From Bacteroidales bacterium (GTDB taxonomy: Bacteria > Bacteroidota > Bacteroidia > Bacteroidales > UBA10428), in assembly GCA_030626465.1 (NCBI GenBank), contig DAOUOU010000002.1, positions 1 through 36,410 of the forward strand: a stretch of 36,410 nucleotides of DNA, written 5' to 3'. Position numbers and translations under genes: made by a program. The notes below the pieces were generated by a model, which saw only the letters and a list, made by a program, of their open reading frames with translations, made no database searches and was not told the origin of the DNA. Shown here piece after piece: positions 18,027 to 28,282 of this stretch; position 1 is the stretch's first letter; each line of letters opens with the position of its first letter.

Positions 18027-19100
18027 ATGAAGAATTATGTAGTTATTGGATGTTTGATCTTGAGCCTGACTCTTGCCGGTCAGACAAAGAATGAAGCCAT
18101 TTTAACCCTGTTGGATAATTCGCATGACTTTGGGAGAATAAGAGAAGATCATGGGATCGTATCACATACCTTTAGTTTTTCAAATACCGGTTCCAAAACG
18201 CTTGTTCTTACTAATGTAAGAAGTACCTGTGGGTGTACTACCCCCAAATGGTCAAAGCAACCTGTATCGCCGGGTGAAGCCGGTTTTGTAACTGTTGAAT
18301 TCAATCCAAAAGATCGTCCCGGATCATTTCATAAAACAATACAAATGCAGAGCACAGCTAAGAATTCCAATATGTTCTTAACAATTACCGGTAATGTTTT
18401 GCCTGCTCTTAATGAAGAAAAACTGGACTATAAAGTTGGAACCTTAAGCGTTAAATCAAAACATATTAACCTGGGTTATATTTTTAGCGGGAATACCGGG
18501 ATGGAAACTCTCGCGATAGCAAATCTGACAGATGACCCGATGGAACTGGATCTGGGAGACGTTCCCGATCATATTACTGCCTATATTCATCCTTCGGAAC
18601 TTCAACCTGGTGAATACGGACAAATTGAAATTCATTACAATTCTGATGTGTTAGATGACTGGGATGTTGTGATTGATCGTATTTCTGTTATTATTAACGG
18701 GAAAAGAGATAAAAAAGCGAAATTGGCTGTCACCGCTAACATTCGTGAAGATTTTAGCACATTTACCGAAGAACAACTTCTTTATGCTCCGGTTGCCTAT
18801 TTTGATAAAAATAGTTATTCTTTTGATACCATCACCGGCAATAAACCTGTTGAATATTCATTTCTTCTGAAAAACATCGGGAAATCAGACCTGATCATCA
18901 GGGCAGTTAAACCATCCTGTGGTTGCACAGTTGTTGAACCAAAGAATAAAATTTTATCTCCGGGTGATTCAACCAGAATAGGTGCAAAATTTGACCCAAA
19001 GGGCAGATCAGGGAATGTTAAGAATGCAATAACTGTGATTACAAACGATCCGAAATCTTATAAGCAATATCTTTGGATCGAAGGCTATATTTTACGCTAA
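18027..19100 (+). CDS. Protein with two DUF1573 domains
   Basis: Signal peptide. Two copies of the DUF1573 signature: HDFGRI...FSFSNTGSKTLVLTNVRSTCGCTTPKW...PGEAGFVTVEFNP, and FDTITGNKPVEYSFLLKNIGKSDLIIRAVKPSCGCTVVEP...PGDSTRIGAKFDP. Confidence 0.85.
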   Translation: MKNYVVIGCLILSLTLAGQTKNEAILTLLDNSHDFGRIREDHGIVSHTFSFSNTGSKTLVLTNVRSTCGCTTPKWSKQPVSPGEAGFVTVEFNPKDRPGSFHKTIQMQSTAKNSNMFLTITGNVLPALNEEKLDYKVGTLSVKSKHINLGYIFSGNTGMETLAIANLTDDPMELDLGDVPDHITAYIHPSELQPGEYGQIEIHYNSDVLDDWDVVIDRISVIINGKRDKKAKLAVTANIREDFSTFTEEQLLYAPVAYFDKNSYSFDTITGNKPVEYSFLLKNIGKSDLIIRAVKPSCGCTVVEPKNKILSPGDSTRIGAKFDPKGRSGNVKNAITVITNDPKSYKQYLWIEGYILR

Positions 19101-19185
19101 ACTCTGTTCACATTTTTTAATAAGTCTGTCTTTAATTCAATTGTTGAGCTTATTTTTGTTCCTACCTTTGGTCAGGCTAATAGGT

Positions 19186-20271
19186 ATGAGCAAGAAAACA
19201 AACAAGAGTGCACTCTCAGTGTCAAAGGGAGTCAACAAACCTCCATCAGTTAATCCTCGCCTTCAGAAAGTTAAACGCCGTGAGATAGCAATAGATGAAT
19301 TTGTTGGGGGAATTCTCGATGGAGACCGTACAATATTGAGCCAGGCTATAACACTTGTCGAAAGTAATCTTCCTGAACATATTCAACAGGCTCAGGAAAT
19401 TATTAAAGAATGCCTTCCGCATGCAGGACGTTCAATCCGGGTTGGAATTACAGGTGTACCCGGTGTGGGAAAGAGCTCATTTATTGAAGAACTGGGGAAA
19501 TACCTTGCCAATAGCGATCATAAATTAGCGGTATTAGCCATTGATCCTAGCAGCGAGCGTTCCAGGGGGAGTATTCTGGGTGATAAAACACGGATGGAAT
19601 CACTGGCATCTTATTCCAATGCCTTTATCAGGCCATCACCATCATCAGGTTCGCTGGGAGGTGTGGCCAGAAAGACCAGAGAAACGATATTCTTGTGTGA
19701 GGCAGCAGGATATGATGTTGTTTTTATTGAAACGGTGGGTGTTGGTCAGTCAGAGGTTGCTGTTCATTCAATGGTTGATTTTTTTCTGTTGTTAATGCTT
19801 TCCCGTGCTGGCGATGAGCTGCAGGGTATAAAGCGGGGAATAATGGAAATGGCCGACATGATTGCTATTACAAAAGCCGATGGATCTAACATTGATGATG
19901 CCCTGCGGGCTGCTGAGGAATATCGTTCAGCTCTGCACCTGTTCCCTGCATCTGAGTCAGGTTGGACACCAAAGGTTTTAACCTGCTCTTCCATAAATAG
20001 AAAGGGAATTGACGAAATATGGGATAAAATTGCGGAATACAAAGACCATACAACTACAAGTAACTATTTTACCGAGAAACGCAAGAAACAGGCTCTTTAC
20101 TGGATGAACGAGACGATAGAAGAGAGTTTAAGAACACATTTTTATGATGACGAGACTTTGCAACAAAAGCTCGAAACTCTAAAACAGGATGTATTGAATG
20201 AAAGAATAAGTTCATTTGCAGCTGCACGACAGATTCTGAATTATTATTTTAAATCAGACAACTTTAAGTAA
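19186..20271 (+). CDS. meaB: Methylmalonyl-CoA mutase-associated GTPase MeaB/ArgK family
   Basis: P-loop GITGVPGVGKSSFIE, then AIDPSSERSRGSILGDKTRM, ETVGVGQSE and ITKADG. I place the start at ATG 19186 (MSKKTNKS) rather than the TTG at 19141 in the ORF track. Confidence 0.87.
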   Translation: MSKKTNKSALSVSKGVNKPPSVNPRLQKVKRREIAIDEFVGGILDGDRTILSQAITLVESNLPEHIQQAQEIIKECLPHAGRSIRVGITGVPGVGKSSFIEELGKYLANSDHKLAVLAIDPSSERSRGSILGDKTRMESLASYSNAFIRPSPSSGSLGGVARKTRETIFLCEAAGYDVVFIETVGVGQSEVAVHSMVDFFLLLMLSRAGDELQGIKRGIMEMADMIAITKADGSNIDDALRAAEEYRSALHLFPASESGWTPKVLTCSSINRKGIDEIWDKIAEYKDHTTTSNYFTEKRKKQALYWMNETIEESLRTHFYDDETLQQKLETLKQDVLNERISSFAAARQILNYYFKSDNFK

Positions 20272-20283
20272 TAGGTTCCGGAT

Positions 20284-21066
20284 TCATGACTTCTTACGGA
20301 TTTTTATGGTCATAAACATGGATATTTGAGGACTTACAGAAGCCATAAACCGGTCAAGTGATCTAAAGAATGCATAGGTAAAATTCGGAACAACTTGTCG
20401 AAACGAAACACCTCCGCTAATCAGATATCTGAGAGGCGTATGATAGTTTATTTTTACTATCTCCAGGGCAGAGAATTTTTTTCTGAATAGTTCTTTGTCT
20501 CTTTCAAAAACAATCCATGGCAAAGCTCCGTTAGCTCCACTTAAAGGGCCTTTCTGTGGTATTTTCCAGTTTCCCTTCCTGTTGAATGGTTCGTGATGAA
20601 AATTTTTGTATATGAATCTTCCCCAAAAACTGTTCGCGGGTTCGATCATAATCAATATGCCACCCTTTTTCAGAATCCTTTTGGCTTCAAAGAGAAATCT
20701 ATCCGAATCCGGTATATGATGAAATGTATCTATCATGAAAATTCCACTTACAGAATTATCCTGAAATGGCATTTCGAGTGCCGAAAATGTCATATCATTG
20801 GCTGGCAAAGGCAATATATCGGAACAAATCACTGCAGGCATCTCTTCTTTCAAAAATCCTCCACCCGATCCAAGCTCAAGAAGTAATCCGTCGGGCAGGT
20901 TCCGTGTTTCTTTTTTAAACAGGTTGTACCATTCCAGATAAAGTTTTTTCAGGAATAGCTTGCGTTTTATAATTTCTCTATGGATGAGAGTTCTCTCAGG
21001 AGAATCGAGCGGGACTTGTATATTGTATTTCAATTTCATTTCAAAATTCTGTCTTTTACCGGACAT
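20284..21066 (-). CDS. Class I SAM-dependent methyltransferase
   Basis: Motif I LLELGSGGGFL and post-motif GGILIMIEP. Substrate is unknown. Confidence 0.75.
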   Translation of the reverse strand: MSGKRQNFEMKLKYNIQVPLDSPERTLIHREIIKRKLFLKKLYLEWYNLFKKETRNLPDGLLLELGSGGGFLKEEMPAVICSDILPLPANDMTFSALEMPFQDNSVSGIFMIDTFHHIPDSDRFLFEAKRILKKGGILIMIEPANSFWGRFIYKNFHHEPFNRKGNWKIPQKGPLSGANGALPWIVFERDKELFRKKFSALEIVKINYHTPLRYLISGGVSFRQVVPNFTYAFFRSLDRFMASVSPQISMFMTIKIRKKS

Positions 21067-21206
21067 AAGATTGTTTCAAATCCTGAAAAAATAAGTGTTT
21101 TCGATAAAAATATAAACTAATGAGTGAATGGCAAATAATTAGTGTAATGAACAATCCAATCAAAGGTTATTCTTCAATTATTTCCCCTTTTAATGTAGAT
21201 ATCTTG

Positions 21207-21214
21207 TAAATTTG
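21207..21214 (+). promoter_or_regulatory. Candidate -7 promoter box (TAnnTTTG)
   Basis: TAAATTTG lies 50 nt upstream of the lpd ATG. Confidence 0.3.
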
Positions 21215-21263
21215 GTATTTATAGAACAGGTTACACCAGCAAACAATATAAAATAAAGTTGAT

Positions 21264-22655
21264 ATGAAATATGATCTTATTGTAATTGGCAGTGGTCCTG
21301 GAGGCTATGTGGCTTCAATCCGTGCTTCCCAGCTTGGCTTAAAGGTTGGAGTAGTTGAAAAAAACGAATTGGGAGGCGTATGTTTGAACTGGGGTTGTAT
21401 TCCTACAAAATCGCTATTAAAAAGTGCTGAGGTATTTGCATATACCAAACATGCCTCTGATTACGGAGTTACAATAGAAGGTGCTGTCAAAGCCGATTTA
21501 ACAAAGATGGTTGAACGGAGCAGGAGCGTGGCAGATGGAATGAGCAAAGGGATACAATTTCTTTTTAAGAAAAATAAGATAGATCATATACAAGGTTACG
21601 GCAGAATCATAGATAGTAAAACTGTTGAAGTTGAAGTCAGTAAAGATAAAAAGGAGAAGTATAATGCAGATCATATAATCCTGGCTACCGGAGCCCGCTC
21701 AAAAGAATTGCCAAATCTGAAACAGGATGGGAAAAAGATCATTGGTTACCGTGAAGCAATGACACTGAAAAAACTACCGGAATCGATGGTGATCGTCGGG
21801 TCGGGAGCAATAGGAAGCGAGTTTGCAAACTTTTATAATTCTCTGGGAACCAAAGTTGCGCTGGTTGAATTTTTACCGGCCATTGTTCCTTTAGAAGATG
21901 AAGAGGTTTCCAAACAACTGGAGCGATCATTCAAAAAGTCAGGCATGAAGGTAATGACTAATTCTACTGTTGAATCGGTTGATAAAAAAGGGACTAAATG
22001 TAAGGTGAAGATCAAAACCAGGAAAGGAGAAGAGGAGCAGGAGGCTGATATAGTTTTATCTGCTGTTGGCGTTACTCCGAATCTTGAGAATCTTGGGCTT
22101 GAGGAAGCAGGAATACAAGTGGAAGAAGGAAAGATTAAAGTTGACGGATTTTATCGAACATCTGTTGATGGAGTATATGCTATTGGCGACATAGTATCCG
22201 GTCCGGCACTTGCACATGCTGCATCGGCTGAAGGGATTGTCTGTGTTGAGAAAATTGCAGGCATGAATCCTGAACCTATCAATTACAATAATATTCCCGG
22301 GTGTACTTACACAAGTCCTGAAGTAGCATCTGTTGGTTATACCGAAAAAGCAGCCAGAGAGGCCGGTTATGAAATCAAAGTAGGAAAATTTCCCTATACT
22401 GCGTCTGGCAAGGCAAATGCTGCCGGGGCGAAAGACGGATTTATAAAATTAATTTTCGATGCGAAATATGGAGAATTGCTGGGAGCTCATATGATTGGGG
22501 CAAATGTTACTGAAATGATTGCTGAATTGGTAGTGTCACGTAATCTTGAAACAACAGGGCATGAATTAATAAAATCCATTCATCCGCATCCTACCATGTC
22601 GGAAGCAATAATGGAAGCTGCAGCAGCAGCCTACGATGAAGTAATTCATATTTGA
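21264..22655 (+). CDS. lpd: Dihydrolipoyl dehydrogenase (E3 component)
   Basis: FAD-binding site DLIVIGSGPGGY, redox disulfide GGVCLNWGCIPTK, NAD-binding site VIVGSGAIGSEF, C-terminal HPHPTMSE. Confidence 0.93.
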   Translation: MKYDLIVIGSGPGGYVASIRASQLGLKVGVVEKNELGGVCLNWGCIPTKSLLKSAEVFAYTKHASDYGVTIEGAVKADLTKMVERSRSVADGMSKGIQFLFKKNKIDHIQGYGRIIDSKTVEVEVSKDKKEKYNADHIILATGARSKELPNLKQDGKKIIGYREAMTLKKLPESMVIVGSGAIGSEFANFYNSLGTKVALVEFLPAIVPLEDEEVSKQLERSFKKSGMKVMTNSTVESVDKKGTKCKVKIKTRKGEEEQEADIVLSAVGVTPNLENLGLEEAGIQVEEGKIKVDGFYRTSVDGVYAIGDIVSGPALAHAASAEGIVCVEKIAGMNPEPINYNNIPGCTYTSPEVASVGYTEKAAREAGYEIKVGKFPYTASGKANAAGAKDGFIKLIFDAKYGELLGAHMIGANVTEMIAELVVSRNLETTGHELIKSIHPHPTMSEAIMEAAAAAYDEVIHI

Positions 22656-22682
22656 AAATCGCTGTGTAACTATGACTAAAAA

Positions 22683-22720
22683 ACGCAGGCTATTATTATT
22701 GTAACCTGCGTATTATTTTG
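22683..22720. terminator. Possible bidirectional terminator hairpin between lpd and the small minus-strand ORF
   Basis: ACGCAGG (22683-22689) pairs with CCTGCGT (22705-22711). An A-run lies on the left and ATTATTTT on the right. The loop is long (15 nt). Confidence 0.4.
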
Positions 22721-22744
22721 AAATATCTTGTTCTTACAATTGTT

Positions 22745-22951
22745 TTAGTAAGAGAACTGGTATTTTTTTCTTAATTCTTTCTGGAAAGTTGCTATCTGAT
22801 CTTCCAGCTCTCTGTTTTCTCTGATGAGATGTGCCATATTCTGGCCTTCTGATTCAAGCTCTCGAATGAAACGCCGGTTGATAATAATTTTCTTCTGGCA
22901 TTCGTATATACTTGAAATTAAACTTTTTATATTATATTTTACTTCCAGCAT
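22745..22951 (-). CDS. Small hypothetical coiled-coil protein (68 aa)
   Basis: ATG-initiated ORF in an otherwise empty interval, with heptad-like charged sequence (RELESEGQNMAHLIRENRELEDQIATFQKELRKK). No homology recognisable. Confidence 0.3.
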   Translation of the reverse strand: MLEVKYNIKSLISSIYECQKKIIINRRFIRELESEGQNMAHLIRENRELEDQIATFQKELRKKYQFSY

Positions 22952-23027
22952 AATTGTTTAACTTAATGCCTGAGCAGATTAGATTTTCTACCTCAAATTT
23001 ATCAAATGTGATCAATCAGTTCAAATA

Positions 23028-23409
23028 AATGATCATGATGTTTATTATCTTTCACCGGTGATTTAAATCATATTTGTAATTTTATTAACCAACTTTTGTT
23101 TTTATTGTTCAATTAGTTAATAACAGAAATTCAGTGAGTTTATTTTATGTTTTATTATGTTTTTATGAGATTAAGGAAGTCTAAACAAATTTTAATATTG
23201 TTCGAATATGAAAATTAAAACATTATTTATATAGTCATGTACTACAAGCTGAAATTATTCTCGTCGTAGCATTAACTGCCATGTCACGTAAAGTAATAAT
23301 TCTCAATTATGATAATACAGACCCATTAACAATTGTTGGAATTGCTTTACTGGTGATTAGCTTTGCGACCAGTTATTTTCTTATCAGGCGGGTGAATAAG
23401 ACAGAATAA
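23028..23409 (+). pseudogene. Decayed PsiE-family (phosphate-starvation-inducible protein E-like) membrane protein gene
   Basis: The frame ending at 23409 reads HVLQAEIILVVALTAMSRKVIILNYDNTDPLTIVGIALLVISFATSYFLIRR. This parallels the C-terminal half of E. coli PsiE as I recall it ([36 protein letters not shown]). The preceding segment ILILFEYEN is in another frame with a TAA at 23216-23218. Further upstream there are only short broken ORFs starting at ATG 23028. The total span is about 127 codons, close to PsiE size. Confidence 0.4.
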
Positions 23410-23443
23410 ATAATAAATTGGCTTTCACAAAATAGTCAAAGGG

Positions 23444-26400
23444 ATGAGGTTAGAAAGTGGTATGCTGTTGAAGTGGTTAAAAAAACTATTGAAAACAATA
23501 AGCAGATTGATGTTATTGCTGCTTATCATGTTGTTGCTTCTGCCGCTTGTCATATCATTAAGACCTGTTAGAAAGAAGATTATTCAAAAGGTGAATAGTC
23601 AAATTTCAACCACACTGGAAGCAAGTTTTTCAATCAGGGATTACAGCTATTTATTTCCTGTCGGACTAAAACTGGAGGATGTTTATTTTGATGATACATT
23701 ATCGCGGGCATCGATTGGTGAGATAAGCGTAAAGCTAAGATCATTCAGAAAAAGGAAAGCATCTCTTCGAGCTGATGTTCTGATCTCAGAAGGTGAAATT
23801 ATGCTAAACACATCAACTTTTAAGTTAAAGTATTCTGAATCTGATGAGGATCATACCCAAGCAGTAAAAGAAAAAAAGAACTGGATATTGGGTGCAGATC
23901 TAGATCTGAGTCAAATTCGATTTGCACTGATCAACCAGGAAACCGATCTTAAGATTGATGTTCAGACTGAAAAACTCGAAGTGGATAAAGTAAGGTTAGA
24001 GATCCTTAATCATGTCATCCGATGGGATGATATTCTGATATCCGATTGTTCTGCCAGCATCAAGATTAACAAAAAGAAAGAGAAAAAGAAAAGAAAATCG
24101 CGCGTTGACTGGAATATCAAAGGAGGAAGAGTTGTGCTTCATAATTGCTCTTTCGATCTGAAACAGGAACTAAAGGATTTTTATCTCTCAGCATATACTA
24201 AGGATCTTGATATCAAGGAACCGTTTGTCGATTTGGAAGACAGATTAATTGATGTTAAGAAGTTGAACATTCATGTTGCCAAAGTAGAGGAACATACATC
24301 TTCTGACCCGACTATAAAAGTTAAAAAAGTAAGAAATAATAAGAAACCGTGGAAGTTTAGTATAACAAAAGGGGAATTGGCACAAATTGAATTCCATCAT
24401 AACCCTGATCAACAGGGTTTTTCAGATTCTTCTTTTTCATCCCGCTTTTTCTCGGTTCATAACTTCGATACAAAAATCAGGAAGTCGTTTTATAGTGATA
24501 AGTGTTTTAGAGGAACAATCAAAGAGTTGAATGTAAATCTGAACGATGAGATATTTCTTGAGAACTCCTCTATAGCATTTGCTGCTGATAGGAAAAAAAC
24601 AAATGCAGAGCTTGAGATCCATGTTAATAAAGGAAATATTAGATGTAAACTGGCATCTGATGGACATTGGGCCTCCTTAAAAAATCCGGAGAAATTCCCT
24701 GTTTCAATAGTTGACATGGCGATGGAGAATATTTCACCATCAACCATCGAATATTTTATTCCTCAAATACAAAACATTTCAAAATATATAAAGGAACCGG
24801 TTGATCTGGAAATTTTAGCTAAATCAAATTCTTCGCAACTTAGGTTTGAAAAGCTTTTTTTCAAATCTGAATCCCTGGGAGATATTCATGCAAGCGGCTA
24901 CCTGGCTGATTTCGCATCAGGGGATTCAATGCATTTTCATTCCGCCTATTCGATAAATATAAACGAACCTGCATTTGAAGATGCATTCACACAGCCTGAT
25001 ATAAGCCTGTATCTCTCCCTGTTAGATCATGCTGCAATTCGTGGTACGGTATCCGGAAGCAGGGACAGAATAATACTGGAACAGGATATTGTATCTGACT
25101 ATTTACATCTTCCAATGACAGGGGAGTATTATCTGATTGATTCTTCTTTTCAGTTCAATGCTTACAACGCTTCAGTAGTAGCAGACTCAATCTTTCCTGT
25201 TCCGGTCCGGTTTGATTCTATTGATATCTCATCCTCGGGAAAGATTAACAGGTCTCCTGATATTCAATACTTCTTACACCTCAAAAAGTACAGGATTTCT
25301 GATAAAAGTTTTGAAGATCTTGCCTTTCAAGGGACATTTCATGATAAGCAGATTGAAGGAACTGTTGTATCTCATGATAGCTTACTTTCTGCTACAATCG
25401 AACATTCCATTCATCTTGAAGAAAACAAAAGCATTTTTCTATCCGGCAATTTTCAAATGCTGAACCATGACCTGATCAGATCATTTCCCTCAGGCTTGAT
25501 GAGCGCGAATTTTTATGGTGAGTACCATGAATTTGATGATTCATCCTTTCAGGCCGGGTGTGAGCTTACTAATTTTCATGCGATAACATCTCAGGCAGAC
25601 TATCTTGTAGAAAATACGAATGTAAAGCTTGATGCATTACAGAATGGTTTTTCAACGAACATAAGCAGTGACTTTATTCAGGTTGATTTCATTTCATACA
25701 TTAATCTGCCTGATTTTATAGATTCAATCAGGTATGCAAACATGATAATAAAGAATCCCGATTCAACTGCCATAGCTTCTTACATTCCTTCTCTACCTAA
25801 TGTAAAAATCGATATGAAACTTACTTCTCACCCCATAATTGATGAGTTCATCCTGAAGAGGAAGTTTGCTTTCGGAACCTTAGCAGCAGAACTAATAACA
25901 AATGAAACGGGAAAGGATCAGCTAAACCTGACTATTACTGAACCTGAGCTCAAAGGTATCCGGGCGGACATAGCAATACTTCATGCTGAACTGCAACAAA
26001 ATCAATTTCTGATGGAAAGCTCTGTATTGGGAGTAGATGGCAGGAATATCATAGCAGATCAATTCCACATGAAGAATGCTATGAAAGAAGGTTTTGCGCA
26101 TACTGAAATAGCCGCCCTCACTGACAAAGATGAAGTAACGCAATTTGTGACATTTGATATCAACAAATCTTCGGGATTGTACTCAATAAATTTTCCTGGT
26201 GATAGTCTCGTATTGTTCGGAAATCCCTGGAGAATAAGCACAGAGAACTTAATAACATTTACCAATTCATTTATAGATGAATGCAATCTTGAGTTAACAT
26301 CAGACAAGAAGATTATCAACATTGGCAGGACTGAAAAATGTCCTTTACTGTTTGAAGTCAAAAATATTGATTTAACGGCTATCGCAACTCTGCTTCTTAG

Positions 26401-28282
26401 TGAAGATGAATTGCAGGGATATGTAAATTGTGATATTTGTTTTTTGGATGATTCTCTTTCAAGTGTCCGGTCCTACCTTTCTTTTAATGATGTTAGCATG
26501 AACAATACCGAGCTTGGGACTTACGATGTTCAGGCATATTATAATGCTCATGATACAAGCTCTTATGAATATGGTGGAATTGTAAGATACGAAGGGAAGG
26601 ATAAATTGCAACTGACAGGTATCACCCCAAGGGACAATCTCAGGAAAACGACCTTGGATGCGAAAATAAGTGATCTCACCCTGGATACCTTTTCACCCTT
26701 CCTTGAAAAATACTTAAATGAAATTTCCGGAACTATATCCGGATTCATAAAAGTTAACAGAGATGATTCACAACCCGGTATACAGGGAGAATTGACATAC
26801 AGCAATCTGGTGGTTAATCCGAAAATGCTGAACAACACCCTATCATTTAATGATAATGTTATCAGTGTTAAGGACAGGATACTGACTTTAAATAAGATTG
26901 TTGCGAAAGATGAAAGGGGAAAGAAAATGCTGATTGACGGTAAAATTAAGTTTCCACAGGATAAGGATCCGTCAATCTTTCTGAAAGCCACAGGAGATTC
27001 CATGGTAATTCTCAACATCCCTGACAAGAAGGTAAATCCGTTTTTTGGGAAAGTGGTTGTTACGAATATGATCAATATCAACGGGGCACTCCAATCTCCG
27101 GATATTGATTTAAATCTGAACCTCGTCCGGGGGACAGATTTTACCTACAGGATAATTGAAGATCTTACAACCTATGCAGGAGAGGACGTAGTAAGCTTTG
27201 TGGAACACGATACTTTGCTTCAGCACACAGATCAGGAAAAATCACTCTTTCTTTCTGATGATGCCGGAATAGAACTGGATGCAGAAGTAAGCATCAATCC
27301 TAACACCGTATTCAGGCTTGTCTATGATCAGAATATGAAATTTGATGTCGAGCTCTCAGGCAGCGGTAAAATCAATTTTCAAAAAAAACGGACAGGGAAA
27401 GAACAGATGATAGGCAAATATTCAGTTAATAAAGGTCGTGCAGTCTTGAAATTGCAGGGACTGGCGCCGAAAGATTTCAGTATATCACCGGAAAGTTATG
27501 TTTTATGGGATGGCAATGCTTCTGATCCCTTTATAGATATCAATGCTTATCACAGGGTGAAGGGTAGTTATGAGAATCCGGCTGAAGGCGTTACCCAGAC
27601 AATGATTGTAGATTATGATGTAATGTTTGCAATAAAGAATCGGCTGAACAATCCGGAGATAATTATTGATGTGCAAACAGAAGATGAATACATGGCCACT
27701 GTTTTAAATATAATGACCGAGGAGGAAAGATTGAAACAAGCAATCAATTTGCTCTTGCTCGGACAAATTATTACAGATAATACCAAGACCTCAGGATCTA
27801 AAATAATTACCGACCACATCAATCAATTCTGGGCACAACAATTGAATAATGCAGCTGCAAAAAATTTAGGCGGTGTAAGTGTATCGGTTGATATTCAATC
27901 ATTTACTGATTATTCTGCAGGGAATGCGTACGATCGTACCAATCTATCATATGAAGTGAGCAAAGAAGTATGGAATAACAAAGCCACTATTAAAGTCGGA
28001 GGTTATGTGAGTACGTACAACAATTCTCCCGACCAGGCTCCCAGCAGAATGATCGGTGATGTTTCACTTGAATATAAACTGAATAAGAAGGAAAACCTTT
28101 ACGGTAAGGTCTTCAGTGACCATAAGTATGAGGGGGTTCTTGAGGGAGAGATTCAGCGGACAGGTGCCGGGATCCTATACAGGCAGAATTATCATTCGTT
28201 CAAAGATATCTGGAGAAGAAGAAGAACAAAAAAACAACAAAAGAAACAAGACAAAGAAATTGAGAAAAATAAGGTTGAATGA
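23444..28282 (+). CDS. tamB: TamB-like translocation and assembly module inner-membrane protein (AsmA/DUF490 type)
   Basis: 1612 aa with a single N-terminal TM anchor (LMLLLLIMLLLLPLVISL) and a very long beta-rich periplasmic body. It lies immediately upstream of an Omp85-family gene and overlaps it. The assignment rests mainly on architecture and context. Confidence 0.8.
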   Translation: MRLESGMLLKWLKKLLKTISRLMLLLLIMLLLLPLVISLRPVRKKIIQKVNSQISTTLEASFSIRDYSYLFPVGLKLEDVYFDDTLSRASIGEISVKLRSFRKRKASLRADVLISEGEIMLNTSTFKLKYSESDEDHTQAVKEKKNWILGADLDLSQIRFALINQETDLKIDVQTEKLEVDKVRLEILNHVIRWDDILISDCSASIKINKKKEKKKRKSRVDWNIKGGRVVLHNCSFDLKQELKDFYLSAYTKDLDIKEPFVDLEDRLIDVKKLNIHVAKVEEHTSSDPTIKVKKVRNNKKPWKFSITKGELAQIEFHHNPDQQGFSDSSFSSRFFSVHNFDTKIRKSFYSDKCFRGTIKELNVNLNDEIFLENSSIAFAADRKKTNAELEIHVNKGNIRCKLASDGHWASLKNPEKFPVSIVDMAMENISPSTIEYFIPQIQNISKYIKEPVDLEILAKSNSSQLRFEKLFFKSESLGDIHASGYLADFASGDSMHFHSAYSININEPAFEDAFTQPDISLYLSLLDHAAIRGTVSGSRDRIILEQDIVSDYLHLPMTGEYYLIDSSFQFNAYNASVVADSIFPVPVRFDSIDISSSGKINRSPDIQYFLHLKKYRISDKSFEDLAFQGTFHDKQIEGTVVSHDSLLSATIEHSIHLEENKSIFLSGNFQMLNHDLIRSFPSGLMSANFYGEYHEFDDSSFQAGCELTNFHAITSQADYLVENTNVKLDALQNGFSTNISSDFIQVDFISYINLPDFIDSIRYANMIIKNPDSTAIASYIPSLPNVKIDMKLTSHPIIDEFILKRKFAFGTLAAELITNETGKDQLNLTITEPELKGIRADIAILHAELQQNQFLMESSVLGVDGRNIIADQFHMKNAMKEGFAHTEIAALTDKDEVTQFVTFDINKSSGLYSINFPGDSLVLFGNPWRISTENLITFTNSFIDECNLELTSDKKIINIGRTEKCPLLFEVKNIDLTAIATLLLSEDELQGYVNCDICFLDDSLSSVRSYLSFNDVSMNNTELGTYDVQAYYNAHDTSSYEYGGIVRYEGKDKLQLTGITPRDNLRKTTLDAKISDLTLDTFSPFLEKYLNEISGTISGFIKVNRDDSQPGIQGELTYSNLVVNPKMLNNTLSFNDNVISVKDRILTLNKIVAKDERGKKMLIDGKIKFPQDKDPSIFLKATGDSMVILNIPDKKVNPFFGKVVVTNMININGALQSPDIDLNLNLVRGTDFTYRIIEDLTTYAGEDVVSFVEHDTLLQHTDQEKSLFLSDDAGIELDAEVSINPNTVFRLVYDQNMKFDVELSGSGKINFQKKRTGKEQMIGKYSVNKGRAVLKLQGLAPKDFSISPESYVLWDGNASDPFIDINAYHRVKGSYENPAEGVTQTMIVDYDVMFAIKNRLNNPEIIIDVQTEDEYMATVLNIMTEEERLKQAINLLLLGQIITDNTKTSGSKIITDHINQFWAQQLNNAAAKNLGGVSVSVDIQSFTDYSAGNAYDRTNLSYEVSKEVWNNKATIKVGGYVSTYNNSPDQAPSRMIGDVSLEYKLNKKENLYGKVFSDHKYEGVLEGEIQRTGAGILYRQNYHSFKDIWRRRRTKKQQKKQDKEIEKNKVE

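Noticed and set aside
19141-19185. TTG-initiated 15-codon N-terminal extension of meaB (MLSLFLFLPLVRLIG)
   Set aside because: It is hydrophobic and unlike the N-termini of cytoplasmic MeaB proteins. An ATG at 19186 gives a conventional start.
26563-27081. 172-aa antisense ORF inside tamB. Similar antisense or alternative-frame ORFs occur at 8332-8661, 14162-14524, 26059-26361, 30226-30534 and 34434-34796.
   Set aside because: All lie wholly within well-supported longer genes. They have low-complexity, hydrophobic or Ser/Leu/Ile/Phe-rich composition typical of shadow ORFs in AT-rich DNA, and show no motifs.
28201-28270. Purine-rich low-complexity stretch (GAAGAAGAAGAACAAAAAAACAACAAAAG...) considered as a repeat element
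   Set aside because: It encodes the K/R/Q-rich C-terminal tail of TamB and overlaps the tamL start region. It has no tandem unit structure.
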